64,000 bases of DNA from NCBI GenBank assembly GCA_963828465.1, contig CAWHEU010000018.1:32001-96000 (forward strand), written 5' to 3'. Positions 22,552 to 31,690 of this stretch are shown piece after piece. Under the pieces are notes generated by a model. That model made no database searches. It was given only the letters and a program-made list of their open reading frames with translations, and was not told the DNA's origin. The translations under genes and the position numbers were made by a program. Source of the DNA: an uncultured Acidobacteriota bacterium (lineage in GTDB: Bacteria > Actinomycetota > Acidimicrobiia > Spongiisociales > ZC4RG35). Each line of letters begins with the position of its first letter. Positions within the stretch are counted from its first letter, which is position 1.

Positions 22552-23456
22552 CCCGAGCCACCGAGAGCCTCGGCGATCGCAGCCATGCGGAGCGGCACAC
22601 CGTTGGCAACTTGCTCGAGAATGAGCGATCGCTCTCCATCGGCCACGGCATCGTCGATTTCGACCCCGCGGTTCATCGGCCCCGGGTGCATGACCACGGC
22701 AGCCGGCTTGAGCAAAGACAACCGCTCCGCATTCATCCCGTAGCGCCGGGCATAACTCTGATCCGCCGGGATCCCCTCCGAGGCGCCACGCTCGTTCTGT
22801 ATCCGGAGCAGATACACCACGTCGACGTCACCAAGCTCTTCGTCGAGCTCGGTGCTGACCCTGACACCCCAGGGATTGTGGTTGGGGAGGAACGGCGTCG
22901 GCCCCACCAGGGTCAGATTCACGCCCAACGTCGGGAAGGCTTCGAGATGACTGCGGGCGACACGGCTATTACTGATGTCTCCGACTATGGCCATACGAAG
23001 GCCATCGAGATGACCGAACTCCTGGCGCAAGGTCATGGCGTCGATGAGGGTCTGCGTGGGGTGCTCTCGCCTCCCGACGCCGGCGTTGATCACCGGACGC
23101 CCCGACCACGCGGCTGCCAGATCCGCGGCATCGGCCAGCGAGTGGCGAATGACGAACAGGTCGGTACCGATCGCGGTGAGGGTCAGGATCGTGTCCTTGA
23201 AGGACTCGCCCTTGGTGGCAGAGGACAGATCGGGGCTGAGGTCCATCACATGGGCACCCAGCCGGTGTGCCGCCCTTTCGAAGGAAAGCCTCGTCCGGGT
23301 AGATGCCTCGAAGAAGGCTGTTGTGACCGTGGCCCAAGCGAGGTCGCTCGACACAGGGCTGCCGACGTAGCTCTGGGCACGATCGAGGAGACCCTCCAGA
23401 CGCTCCCGGCTCAATCCCCTCAGGCTGATCAGGCCGTGCTGCGGTCGGGTGCTCAT
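22548..23456 (-). CDS. pyrB: aspartate carbamoyltransferase catalytic subunit
   Basis: FFEASTRTRLSFE, HPTQTLID, MHPGPMNRGVEI. Confidence 0.98.
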   Translation of the reverse strand: MSTRPQHGLISLRGLSRERLEGLLDRAQSYVGSPVSSDLAWATVTTAFFEASTRTRLSFERAAHRLGAHVMDLSPDLSSATKGESFKDTILTLTAIGTDLFVIRHSLADAADLAAAWSGRPVINAGVGRREHPTQTLIDAMTLRQEFGHLDGLRMAIVGDISNSRVARSHLEAFPTLGVNLTLVGPTPFLPNHNPWGVRVSTELDEELGDVDVVYLLRIQNERGASEGIPADQSYARRYGMNAERLSLLKPAAVVMHPGPMNRGVEIDDAVADGERSLILEQVANGVPLRMAAIAEALGGSG

Positions 23457-23986
23457 GCCGCTCCGTTCCTCTCCACCCAGACGCCCTCGTCCTGGTCGGC
23501 CGGGGGTATGCGCACACGCACGACCTCATCGTGGCTGGTGGGGAGATTCTTGCCGACGTAGTCGGCTCTGATCGGGAGCTGGCGATGGCCGCGGTCGACC
23601 AGGACCGCCAGCTCGGTCTGGCGAGCCCGGCCCAGGTCGGAGAGGGCGTCGAGAGCAGCGCGCACGGTCCGGCCGGTATAGAGGACGTCGTCGACCACGA
23701 CCACGCTGCGGTCTGAGATGTCGGCGGGAATCGCGGTCACAGCTGCGCCATGGATCGGGCGCAAGGCACGGTCATCGCGGTACTCGGCGATGTCGAGCTC
23801 GCCGACCGGGACCTCTACGCCTTCGAACTCGGCAATGAGCTCACCGAGAAGACGGGCCAGGTGGACTCCACGGGTATGGATGCCGACGATGACGACGGAT
23901 TCCGCGCCGCGGTGACGCTCGAGGATCTCATGGGCGATGCGGCGAACGGCTCGCTGGATGTCCTGGCCGTTCATCACCTGGGGCAT
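23453..23986 (-). CDS. pyrR: pyrimidine operon regulator / uracil phosphoribosyltransferase PyrR (start uncertain: 23986, 23974, or 24015 with an indel)
   Basis: RIAHEILE, GIHTRG, DDVLYTGRTVRAALDAL, VDRGHRQLPIRADYVGKN. Confidence 0.97.
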   Translation of the reverse strand: MPQVMNGQDIQRAVRRIAHEILERHRGAESVVIVGIHTRGVHLARLLGELIAEFEGVEVPVGELDIAEYRDDRALRPIHGAAVTAIPADISDRSVVVVDDVLYTGRTVRAALDALSDLGRARQTELAVLVDRGHRQLPIRADYVGKNLPTSHDEVVRVRIPPADQDEGVWVERNGAA

Positions 23987-24021
23987 CGGCTCGACGCCGA
24001 TGGGACACTGCCCATCTCTCT

Positions 24022-24055
24022 CCTTCCCGGCCTCACCGGACCGTGTTTTAAAGGC
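24022..24055 (-). promoter_or_regulatory. PyrR-binding RNA stem-loop
   Basis: Minus strand GCCTTTAAAACACGGTCCGGTGAGGCCGGGAAGG matches the PyrR site pattern CUUUAA..RGUCCNGNGAGGY..AAGG; -10 TAAAGT at 24062-24067 just upstream. Confidence 0.88.
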
Positions 24056-24087
24056 AAGTCGACTTTAGCCGAGCAATCGCGTCACCT

Positions 24088-24138
24088 CGTAGTTGGGATC
24101 CACAGGTGTCACAGGCGGCACTGTTGCTCCCATCTACG
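24088..24138 (-). terminator. long imperfect hairpin after nusB (possible terminator)
   Basis: Inverted repeat CGTAGTTGGGA...TCCCATCTACG with an inner GTGTC/GGCAC stem; no U-tract. Confidence 0.45.
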
Positions 24139-24140
24139 TG

Positions 24141-24509
24141 TCAGGTCCGGGGAGCCCGTGCCAAGGCGGCGAGCACCCCATTGACGAAGGCGCCGGATCG
24201 CTCGGTGGAATAGGTCTTGGCCAGCCGCACCGCCTCCGATACGACCACCGCAGTTGGTGTCTCCGGTGCATGACGCAGCTCAAACAGGCCGAGACGGAGG
24301 ATCGAGCGATCGATGACCGGCATTCGGGCCACGCTCCAGTGCTCGGAAGCAGATTCGATCTCGTTGTCCAAACCCTCTTTGTGCTCGAGGACGCCACGAA
24401 CGAGGGTCCCGACCCTTCCGGTGAGGTCCTCGATGCCAGAGTTGTCACCTGTGATCTCGGCCTGATACAGGGCTTGGAGTGCCAGGTCTCGCGGCTCGTC
24501 CTGGCTCAT
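24141..24509 (-). CDS. nusB: transcription antitermination factor NusB
   Basis: RDLALQALYQ, WSVARMPVIDRSILRLG, FVNGVL. Confidence 0.96.
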   Translation of the reverse strand: MSQDEPRDLALQALYQAEITGDNSGIEDLTGRVGTLVRGVLEHKEGLDNEIESASEHWSVARMPVIDRSILRLGLFELRHAPETPTAVVVSEAVRLAKTYSTERSGAFVNGVLAALARAPRT

Positions 24510-25063
24510 ACCCTGGTCAGGTATTCCCCCGAACGGGTATCGACCTTGACACGATCGCCCTGCTCGACGAAGAGGGGGACCTGGATCTGGATCCCGGTCT
24601 GCAGGGTGACCGGCTTGGTGGCGCCGGTCCTTGTGTCCCCTTTCACGGCGGGCTCCGCATAGGTGACCTCGAGCTCGACCGCTGCAGGCAGCTCCACCGC
24701 GATCGGGGTTCCGCGATAGAGGGAGAGACTGGCTGTCATTCCCTCGACCAGGAAGCCGGCCGCGCCGCCAACGTCGTCCCCGCTGAGAGCAAGCTGGCCG
24801 TAGTCGTCGAGATTCATGAAGTGGAAGCCGAGATCATCCCGATAGAGATACTGGTGGTCGCGTCGCTCGATGATCGCCTGGTCGACGTTCTCGTCGGCTC
24901 TGAAGGTGCGGTCCAGCACCTGGCCCGTCTCCAAGTTCTTGATCTTCATCCGAACGAAGGCCCTGCCCTTGCCCGGCTTCACGTGTTGGTACTCGACGAT
25001 GCTGAACAGGCCGTCGCTCAGCTGGAGCGCCATCCCCGGCTTGACGTCGTTGGTGCTGATCAT
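24506..25063 (-). CDS. efp: elongation factor P
   Basis: HVKPGKGRAFVR, PAVKGDT, VPLFVEQGD, DTRSGEY. Confidence 0.99.
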   Translation of the reverse strand: MISTNDVKPGMALQLSDGLFSIVEYQHVKPGKGRAFVRMKIKNLETGQVLDRTFRADENVDQAIIERRDHQYLYRDDLGFHFMNLDDYGQLALSGDDVGGAAGFLVEGMTASLSLYRGTPIAVELPAAVELEVTYAEPAVKGDTRTGATKPVTLQTGIQIQVPLFVEQGDRVKVDTRSGEYLTRV

Positions 25064-25107
25064 GATGCCCGCAGTGTGGTCCGACCCTCGAGAGAAGATA
25101 AACCGGA

Positions 25108-26133
25108 TCAGAGACCGACGGCGTCGAGGCCGAGTGCGAGATCGGCGCCTTCGACGTGCTCGACGACCGGATCGGCCACTGCCCGAAGCAGGACCATCCG
25201 CATCCCGCTCGAATCCCGTTTCTTGTCGTGACGAAGCAAATCCTCGACCCGGGCCCGCTCCAGACCATCGACCCTGGTGGGGAGACCGAGCCCGGCGATG
25301 GCACCGGACATCCTGTCCAAGCCCTGGAATCGGAGTCTTCTCTCTGAGATTCGGCCGGCGGCCACCATACCGACAGCCACCGATTCGCCGTGGGACAGCG
25401 GCGAGGCGTACTCGATGGCGTGGCCGATGGTGTGCCCGAAATTGAGGATCGCGCGCAAACCCGAATCTCGTTCGTCTTCCCCCACCACTCTGACCTTCAC
25501 CGCGGCTGCCTTGGTGACGACTTCCTCGAGAGAGGCCTCTTCGCCTTCCTGCTCGAGCAGCTCGAAGAGCTCCCTGTCACCCACGAGCCCGGTCTTGAGG
25601 GCTTCGGCCAGACCCTCCCGGCGAAGACTTGTCGGGAGGTCCTCCAGGATGGTCACATCGACGATCACCCTGGTCGGGTGCCAGAAGACCCCAACCAGGT
25701 TCTTACCCGCCAGGTTGACGCCGGTCTTTCCGCCGATGGCCGCGTCCACGGCCGCGAGAAGGGTCGTGGGGACATGTGCGGCTTCCACCCCACGAAGCCA
25801 GGTGCCGGCGACGAATCCGGCCAGATCGGACACCGACCCTCCGCCGACACCGACGACGGTGTCGTGGCGACCGAGGCCGAACCGGGCGAGAGCCTCGTAT
25901 ACCGATCCGGCGACAACCAGGGTCTTGGCCTCCTCCCTATCGGGGAGACCGATCACCTCGACCTGGAGGTCCTCGTCGCGCAATTGCCGCGCTACTTCGA
26001 GTGCGATGTGGGTGGCACCGGGCTGGGTGACGAGGGCCACCCGTTCGCGGTCGGATCGTGCCGGAAGGATCGGGTGGGGCAGGCCGCGCCCGACGACCAG
26101 CTCTGTCTTGCCTGCGACGATCAAGGCCTCCAA
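25108..26133 (-). CDS. aroB: 3-dehydroquinate synthase
   Basis: GGGSVSDLAGF, PTTLLAAVDAAIGGKTGVN, LNFGHTIGHAIE, HGESVAVG. Confidence 0.97.
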   Translation of the reverse strand: MEALIVAGKTELVVGRGLPHPILPARSDRERVALVTQPGATHIALEVARQLRDEDLQVEVIGLPDREEAKTLVVAGSVYEALARFGLGRHDTVVGVGGGSVSDLAGFVAGTWLRGVEAAHVPTTLLAAVDAAIGGKTGVNLAGKNLVGVFWHPTRVIVDVTILEDLPTSLRREGLAEALKTGLVGDRELFELLEQEGEEASLEEVVTKAAAVKVRVVGEDERDSGLRAILNFGHTIGHAIEYASPLSHGESVAVGMVAAGRISERRLRFQGLDRMSGAIAGLGLPTRVDGLERARVEDLLRHDKKRDSSGMRMVLLRAVADPVVEHVEGADLALGLDAVGL

Positions 26134-26136
26134 GCG

Positions 26137-27294
26137 TCAGCCTCCGGGTCGGCCGGAGAGGCCAGACCGATAGCGATCGGCGGCGGCGACGAACTCATCG
26201 ACCGTGTCGCCGCCGAATTTCCTCTGGAACTCGGCAGCCAGGATGAAGGCGGTCATCTGCTCGCCGACGACGCCGGCAGCGGGGACGGCGCAGACATCGG
26301 ATCGTTCCCTGACTGCGTCGGCAGGCTCCCCGGTCGTCATGTCGACGGTGCGCAAGGGTCGCATCAAGGTGGATATGGGCTTCATCGCTCCCCGCACGCG
26401 GATCGTCTCACCGTTGCTGATTCCGCCCTCCGTGCCTCCGGCGCGGTTGGTTGGCCGGGTGAGGGCGCCATCGTCGAGCAGGATCTCGTCGTGTGACTTC
26501 GACCCGGGCAGGGCGGCCACCTCGAAGCCGTCGCCGATCTCGACACCCTTGATAGCCGGGATGGACATGATGGCCGTGGCGAGCAAGGCGTCTAGGCGAC
26601 GGTCGTAGTGGACGTGCGAGCCGATCCCCGGTGGCACGCCGAACCCGAGCACCTCGAATACCCCACCCAGCGTGTCGCGTTGCTCTTTGGCGTCTTCGAT
26701 TGCCGAGATCATCGCTTGCTCGGCGGTTGGGTCCAGGCAGCGAACCGGGCTGTCATCGACCCGGTCCTGGTCGTCAGGGCCGGGTGTCGGCCCCTCGCTC
26801 GAAGCAGGTCCGATCGCTACCACGTGGCTGAATACGCGCACTGCAACCGTGGAGAGGAAGATCTTGGAGAGGATCCCGGCCACGGTTCGGGCGGCGGTCT
26901 CCCGAGCAGAGGCACGTTCGAGGATGTCCCTCGCATCGTCGGTCCCGTACTTGAGCATGCCGGCCAGGTCGGCGTGTCCGGGCCGGGGGCGGGTCACCGT
27001 CTTCTTGGAGGCGGCGGGCTCCGGGCTCATCTCTTCAGCCCATCTCGGCCATTCGGTGTTGCGGATGAGAACCGCCACCGGTGAGCCGAGCGTCTGACCG
27101 TGCCTGATGCCGCCCAGGATCTCGATCTCGTCTCTCTCGATCGCCATGCGTTTGCCCCGCCCATACCCCATGCGCCGCCGCGCCAGCTCGTCGCTGATCT
27201 GCTCGGGTGTGACCTCGAGCCCGCGTGGAAGGCCTTCTACGATCGTGACCAGCCCCGGCCCGTGGGACTCGCCTGCGGTCATGAAGCGCAACAT
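26137..27294 (-). CDS. aroC: chorismate synthase
   Basis: TAGESHG, RPRPGHADL, ERASARETA, GGISNG, RSDVC. Confidence 0.98.
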   Translation of the reverse strand: MLRFMTAGESHGPGLVTIVEGLPRGLEVTPEQISDELARRRMGYGRGKRMAIERDEIEILGGIRHGQTLGSPVAVLIRNTEWPRWAEEMSPEPAASKKTVTRPRPGHADLAGMLKYGTDDARDILERASARETAARTVAGILSKIFLSTVAVRVFSHVVAIGPASSEGPTPGPDDQDRVDDSPVRCLDPTAEQAMISAIEDAKEQRDTLGGVFEVLGFGVPPGIGSHVHYDRRLDALLATAIMSIPAIKGVEIGDGFEVAALPGSKSHDEILLDDGALTRPTNRAGGTEGGISNGETIRVRGAMKPISTLMRPLRTVDMTTGEPADAVRERSDVCAVPAAGVVGEQMTAFILAAEFQRKFGGDTVDEFVAAADRYRSGLSGRPGG

Positions 27295-27303
27295 GGCCAG
27301 ATG

Positions 27304-28083
27304 CTACGTCGGGATCGGGATAGCTCCCAGCCCCACCAGCATGATGGCGATCCACGCTCCGAGGATCATCGGGGGCCCATAGGGGACTTCGGCCCGCATC
27401 GCGTCACGAACGGTCATTTCCGCGCCTCCGGCCTTTCTCTGTCTCGATCTGCCGACCAACCCGGCAACCAGCACCCCGATGGAGAGAACACCACCGATGA
27501 GGGCGGTCAGGAAGACACTCCACCCCAGTGTGCCCCAGGAGAGATAGGCGGTGAACACCCCGAGCTGGGCGGACAGCTTCACGTCCCCGTAGCCGAACCC
27601 TCGCCCCCTCACCAGCAAGAACATGAGGTTGGTGCCCGCGAAGTAGGCCAGGCCCCCGAGGACGGCCCTGACCCAGGCTCCTCCGCTGGCGTCGGCCAGG
27701 GAAGCCACGCCGAGCGCCAGGACCAGAACGACCGTCCCGCGGATGTTCAGTCGGTCGACGATTCGGAACGAATCGATGTCAGTGATGCCGAGTGCGAGCG
27801 TGAGCCAGAGGAACCCGACATACGGGATGAGTGCCCAAGCAGGGCCGATGGTGTTGGCGAAGCCGACGGCGACGGCGATCCCTACTCCTATGAGCAGGAT
27901 CTCCCTTCCAATGGGCCGGTCGCAGCTGGGGCAACGCGCCGCCAGCCATCCCCTTCGGGTGCCGCACCGCGGGCAGGTGCCCGTCAGCGGGCGCAGTGGG
28001 AGGTCGAGAAGCGCCTGAGCGGCCAAGTCGTGTGCGACAAGAGCCCCCAGAAACCCAAATGCTCCGGCGATGAAGTTGTTCAC
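27304..28083 (-). CDS. pilD: prepilin peptidase (A24 family, PilD-like)
   Basis: CPRC...CPSC Zn motif, TDID and GFGYGDVKL aspartates, several TM segments, VPYGP. Confidence 0.85.
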   Translation of the reverse strand: MNNFIAGAFGFLGALVAHDLAAQALLDLPLRPLTGTCPRCGTRRGWLAARCPSCDRPIGREILLIGVGIAVAVGFANTIGPAWALIPYVGFLWLTLALGITDIDSFRIVDRLNIRGTVVLVLALGVASLADASGGAWVRAVLGGLAYFAGTNLMFLLVRGRGFGYGDVKLSAQLGVFTAYLSWGTLGWSVFLTALIGGVLSIGVLVAGLVGRSRQRKAGGAEMTVRDAMRAEVPYGPPMILGAWIAIMLVGLGAIPIPT

Positions 28084-28140
28084 CGCCGGAGCAAGTTAGT
28101 GGTCGGGATGCGGGCTGGGATCGTGTGGACGACCGCCGGG

Positions 28141-29313
28141 TCAGCCTTCGTCGATCTCCTTGAGAACGGATCCCATGCGACGACGCCGGAGTAGGCCATG
28201 GCCCTCTTCCTCGACATCGGCCTTGCCGTTCACCTCGAGCTGGGAGAACACTTTCTCGAGGAACGCCTCGGTGTCGCCCTCGACATCGGGCTCGACCGGG
28301 GTCTCCAACGTCGCGGCATCGGAGTATGACTCCTCCTGCTCGCCGCTGTCGGTTGCCGGGGCGAAAGCCTCATCGCTGCCGGCGAAAGACTCGTCAGACT
28401 CATCCGACCTGACAAAGTGCCCGAAGCGGCTTTCCTTGGCCTCCTCAGCGATCGGCTCGAAGCCCTCCTCCTCCGCTGGCTCGAAAGCCTCCGGTGAGGT
28501 GACCTCGAAGACGGGCTGGTCGCCTGCGTCGGCCTCGATCTCGGCGGGAGCCTCGTCCTGTGGCTCGACCCACCAGGAATCTGCCTGGGAGGCAGGCTCG
28601 ATAGCGCCGGGCACGACCGGCTCAGAAGCCGGCTGCTCGGTCCAACCCTCGCCCAGAACGAGCAGCTGACGCTCGGTGAGCTCGGCCGTCACCTTGGCGA
28701 TCCAGAACTCAGTCGTACCGAGACGCTCGGCGATGGCGGCGACTGATGCCCCCGCGCCCAGCTCACAGAGCAGGCGCCAGGCCTCACGGTTCAGTTTGAT
28801 CTCATCCAGATCACCGGCATCACGGTTCATCCGAATCGTGGCGTCGAGGTCGTCGATCGTCTCATGGACGGCGGCCCACTCGTCGGCACGGCGGCGTGAA
28901 TCATCGAGGGCTGCCTCCAACTCGAAGGGCCGGGGACTCCCATAGGCAGTCACAGCGCCTTCGGTGACCTCGAACGTCGCGCCCTTGACGCCGAGGTGGT
29001 ACAGACTCTCGACCGTGATCTCACGGAGCAGGTCGATGATGACCTGCTCTCGATCATGGAGATCGGAGAACGACGATTCACCGGAGACAACTTTGCGAAG
29101 GAAGGCGTCGTCTACGTATCCGGAATTGACCAAATGCTTGTGCAGGTCACGGTCCTCGGATGTAGTTGCCAGGGCGATGCCCTTCTTGGCCACGAAGACG
29201 CGTCCACGGATGTCCTCACCGCGCACCTCGACGGACCCACGCTGATCGGATCGCATCAAGAGTCGCAGCACCTCATCGAGAGGGACAAAACCGAGATTTC
29301 CAGAAAGAGCCAC
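28141..29313 (-). CDS. DUF4388 (PATAN-like) domain protein with long acidic C-terminal region
   Basis: GTG at 29313 after SD AAGGAG: MALSGNLGFVPLDEVLRLLMRSDQRGSVEV...; RRADEW, LNREAWRLL. Confidence 0.8.
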   Translation of the reverse strand: MALSGNLGFVPLDEVLRLLMRSDQRGSVEVRGEDIRGRVFVAKKGIALATTSEDRDLHKHLVNSGYVDDAFLRKVVSGESSFSDLHDREQVIIDLLREITVESLYHLGVKGATFEVTEGAVTAYGSPRPFELEAALDDSRRRADEWAAVHETIDDLDATIRMNRDAGDLDEIKLNREAWRLLCELGAGASVAAIAERLGTTEFWIAKVTAELTERQLLVLGEGWTEQPASEPVVPGAIEPASQADSWWVEPQDEAPAEIEADAGDQPVFEVTSPEAFEPAEEEGFEPIAEEAKESRFGHFVRSDESDESFAGSDEAFAPATDSGEQEESYSDAATLETPVEPDVEGDTEAFLEKVFSQLEVNGKADVEEEGHGLLRRRRMGSVLKEIDEG

Positions 29314-29346
29314 TTCAACTACTCCTTGGCTTGAAGACTTAGCCAC

Positions 29347-29376
29347 AAAATCGGCCGCTCTAGTCCGACGCTTTAG
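29347..29376 (-). promoter_or_regulatory. sigma28/WhiG-type promoter
   Basis: Minus strand CTAAAG-N15-GCCGATTT upstream of the DUF4388 gene. Confidence 0.6.
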
Positions 29377-30156
29377 GCGTTTCTCGCTGCTCGAACCATG
29401 ACTTCCATCGGAGCCGGCACCCCCGTCCACCATTCGAACGAAGCCGCCGCCTGCAGGACGAGAAATTCGACTCCATCCATGAACGGCAACCCCACCGTCC
29501 GGGCACCAGCCACGGAGAGGGTCTCGCCCAGCCCGTAGGGCAGGTCGATGAGGCCGGAAGCGGTCGCGGTGATCGCCCCGGGCAGTCGCTCACCACCCAT
29601 GCCCAGCGGTGTGGCATTCACCACCAATGCGCCGCTGACGCCGACACCGAGAGGAACCACACCTCCACTTCCGATCCTCTCGATCAGCGCTGTCGCTCGT
29701 TGCATGTGTCGGGCGGCGACATATACCGCTCGCCCGGCGGCTCCGATCATGGCCGCTGCCGCGGCACCGCCGGCGCCCAGGATCAGGACCGGGGCCGATT
29801 GGTCGAATCTCTCATCCGAGAACGCCCGAGCCGATGCGACTACATCGGTGCTGTGACCCTCGATCCAGACCGGATCGCGGTCGCAGGGTGTTGACCGAGC
29901 CGCTCGCAGCAGCTTCAACGGTCAGGTCATCGGCCAACGCCGCCGCCTCCAACTTCAGTGGCATAGTGACGTTCGCCCCATCCAGCGAGCCTTTCCTGAG
30001 CTCCGACACCACATTGCTCAGCTGCCCTCCTCTGACCCGTCTCGCCACGTACGAGCCATCGATGCCGAGATGGGCCATGGCCGCGTTATGGATGGCAGGC
30101 GAACGTGAATGCTCGATAGGGTCGCCGAGCACGGCGAGATGGAGAGTGGACTGCAT
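29373..30156 (-). CDS. aroE: shikimate dehydrogenase (1-nt insertion frameshift at about 29865-29866)
   Basis: LGDPIEHSRSPAIHN, GANVTMPLK, SVNTL in one frame; IEGHSTD, ILGAGGAA, VNATPLGM, LVLQAAASF in the next; span is 3n+1. Confidence 0.92.
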
Positions 30157-30186
30157 CGCCGCCAGTGTTGCAGCGACCGTCAACGC

Positions 30187-31289
30187 CTAGGGAAGAACCC
30201 CGTCTTCTCGGGACTGGGCAACATTGGCGTTGTGCTCGTCCAGCGTGGCGGCAAAAGCGTGGTGCCCTTCCAGGTCGGATAGGACGTAATACAGAAAGTC
30301 TGTCTGGGCCGGGGCCGCGGCAGCATTCAGCGAGGCACGACCCGGCGTGGATATTGGGGTGGGAGGGAGCCCGTTGACCAGGTATGTGTTGTAGGGCGAG
30401 TCCACCTCCCGGTCGAACTGCGCCGGATCGTCTGTGCCGAGGGCGTAGAGGACAGTGGCGTCGATGTCGAGCTTCATACCCATGTTCAGGCGGTTGTGGA
30501 TCACGCTGGACACGGTCGGGCGCTCCTCGTCCAACTGGGCCTCCGACTCGATCAGGGAAGCGATCTTCAATCCGTCGTACGGCGTCATCCCTGCGGATTC
30601 CAGGTTGGCCCAGTCGATGCTTCCCACTCGCTGCTCCATCGTCGAAGCGAGCCGTTGCAGGATGTCCACCGGCTCGGCCGAGCTGGCGAACTCATATGTA
30701 TCCGGGAAGAGCAGTCCCTCCCAGTTGGCCAGGGTCGGCTCCGCCGGCATCTGGGCGAGGGATGTCTCCACGTCGCCACTCAGCAACGCCGCCTCGAAGT
30801 CGGCATATGGCAGGCCGGATGCTTCGGCAAGGGCGGTCAGGATCTCTTCACCTTCAAACCCTCGATCACTGTGGCCCGGTAGACATCAGCCACCGGCCCG
30901 ACCACGAGCATGGCCACCACCTCGTTGGGGTCCATGACGGTCTGCATGCCGTAGGTCCCGGCCTGGAGCCGGGCATCCGCCTCGTTGTTGCGCACCGCCA
31001 CCTCGAACTCGAGTGCAGAGCGAACGACGCCCTGGGCGGCGAGGATGGCGCCGATGTCCTCGGCAGTCGACCCCGATGGGATCTCGATCGTCACGTCCTG
31101 CCCGGGCTGGACGGACACCGGGCTGGCCGAGGGATCGTCGGAGTTGAAGGTGGAACCGACGAGACGACCAAGGTAGGAGCCCCCGCCGACCACGGCGACC
31201 CCGGCCAGGACCACCAGTCCGATGGTGGCGACGATCTTGCTCACGCGAATCCACGGAGTGGGCTGTTCTGGCGCAGGTTCGTATGTCAT
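30187..31289 (-). CDS. mltG: endolytic transglycosylase MltG (1-nt deletion frameshift at about 30849-30850)
   Basis: TM segment, IEIPSGSTA, LQAGTY, TVIEGL|EEILTALAEASG..EGLLFPDTY, ASLIESEA, SPYNTY, GLPPTPISTPG; span is 3n-1. Confidence 0.92.
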
Positions 31290-31690
31290 TTGGTTCGGTC
31301 CAGATAGTCCTGAAGGATGATTGCGGCTGCCACCTTGTCGACGTTCTCTCTCCGCTTCCGGCGTTTCATGCCCGATTCGAGGAGAGCATCGTCGGCGATT
31401 CTCGAGGTGTACCGCTCGTCGGCCAGGATGATTTCGGCCCCTGTCGCGGCGCCTAGCTCATCCGCAAGTTTCCTGGCTTCGGATGCGGACATCCCTTCAT
31501 CACCACTCAGCCCGGTGGGGAGGCCAACGACAATGGTACCGATATCGTGTTCTTTGACGAGGTTCACCACCTCGTCCACCACCGCCGACCGTGGCACAAC
31601 AGAGAGTGGGCGGGCCGTGATCCCGAGGGAATCCGATATGGCCAGACCGACCCGCTTCGTCCCGTAATCGACGCCGAGGGACCGGCTCAC
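31286..31690 (-). CDS. ruvX: YqgF/RuvX pre-16S rRNA nuclease
   Basis: LGVDYGTKRVGLAISD, VVGLP, DERYTS, VDKVAAAIILQ. Confidence 0.96.
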   Translation of the reverse strand: MSRSLGVDYGTKRVGLAISDSLGITARPLSVVPRSAVVDEVVNLVKEHDIGTIVVGLPTGLSGDEGMSASEARKLADELGAATGAEIILADERYTSRIADDALLESGMKRRKRRENVDKVAAAIILQDYLDRTK

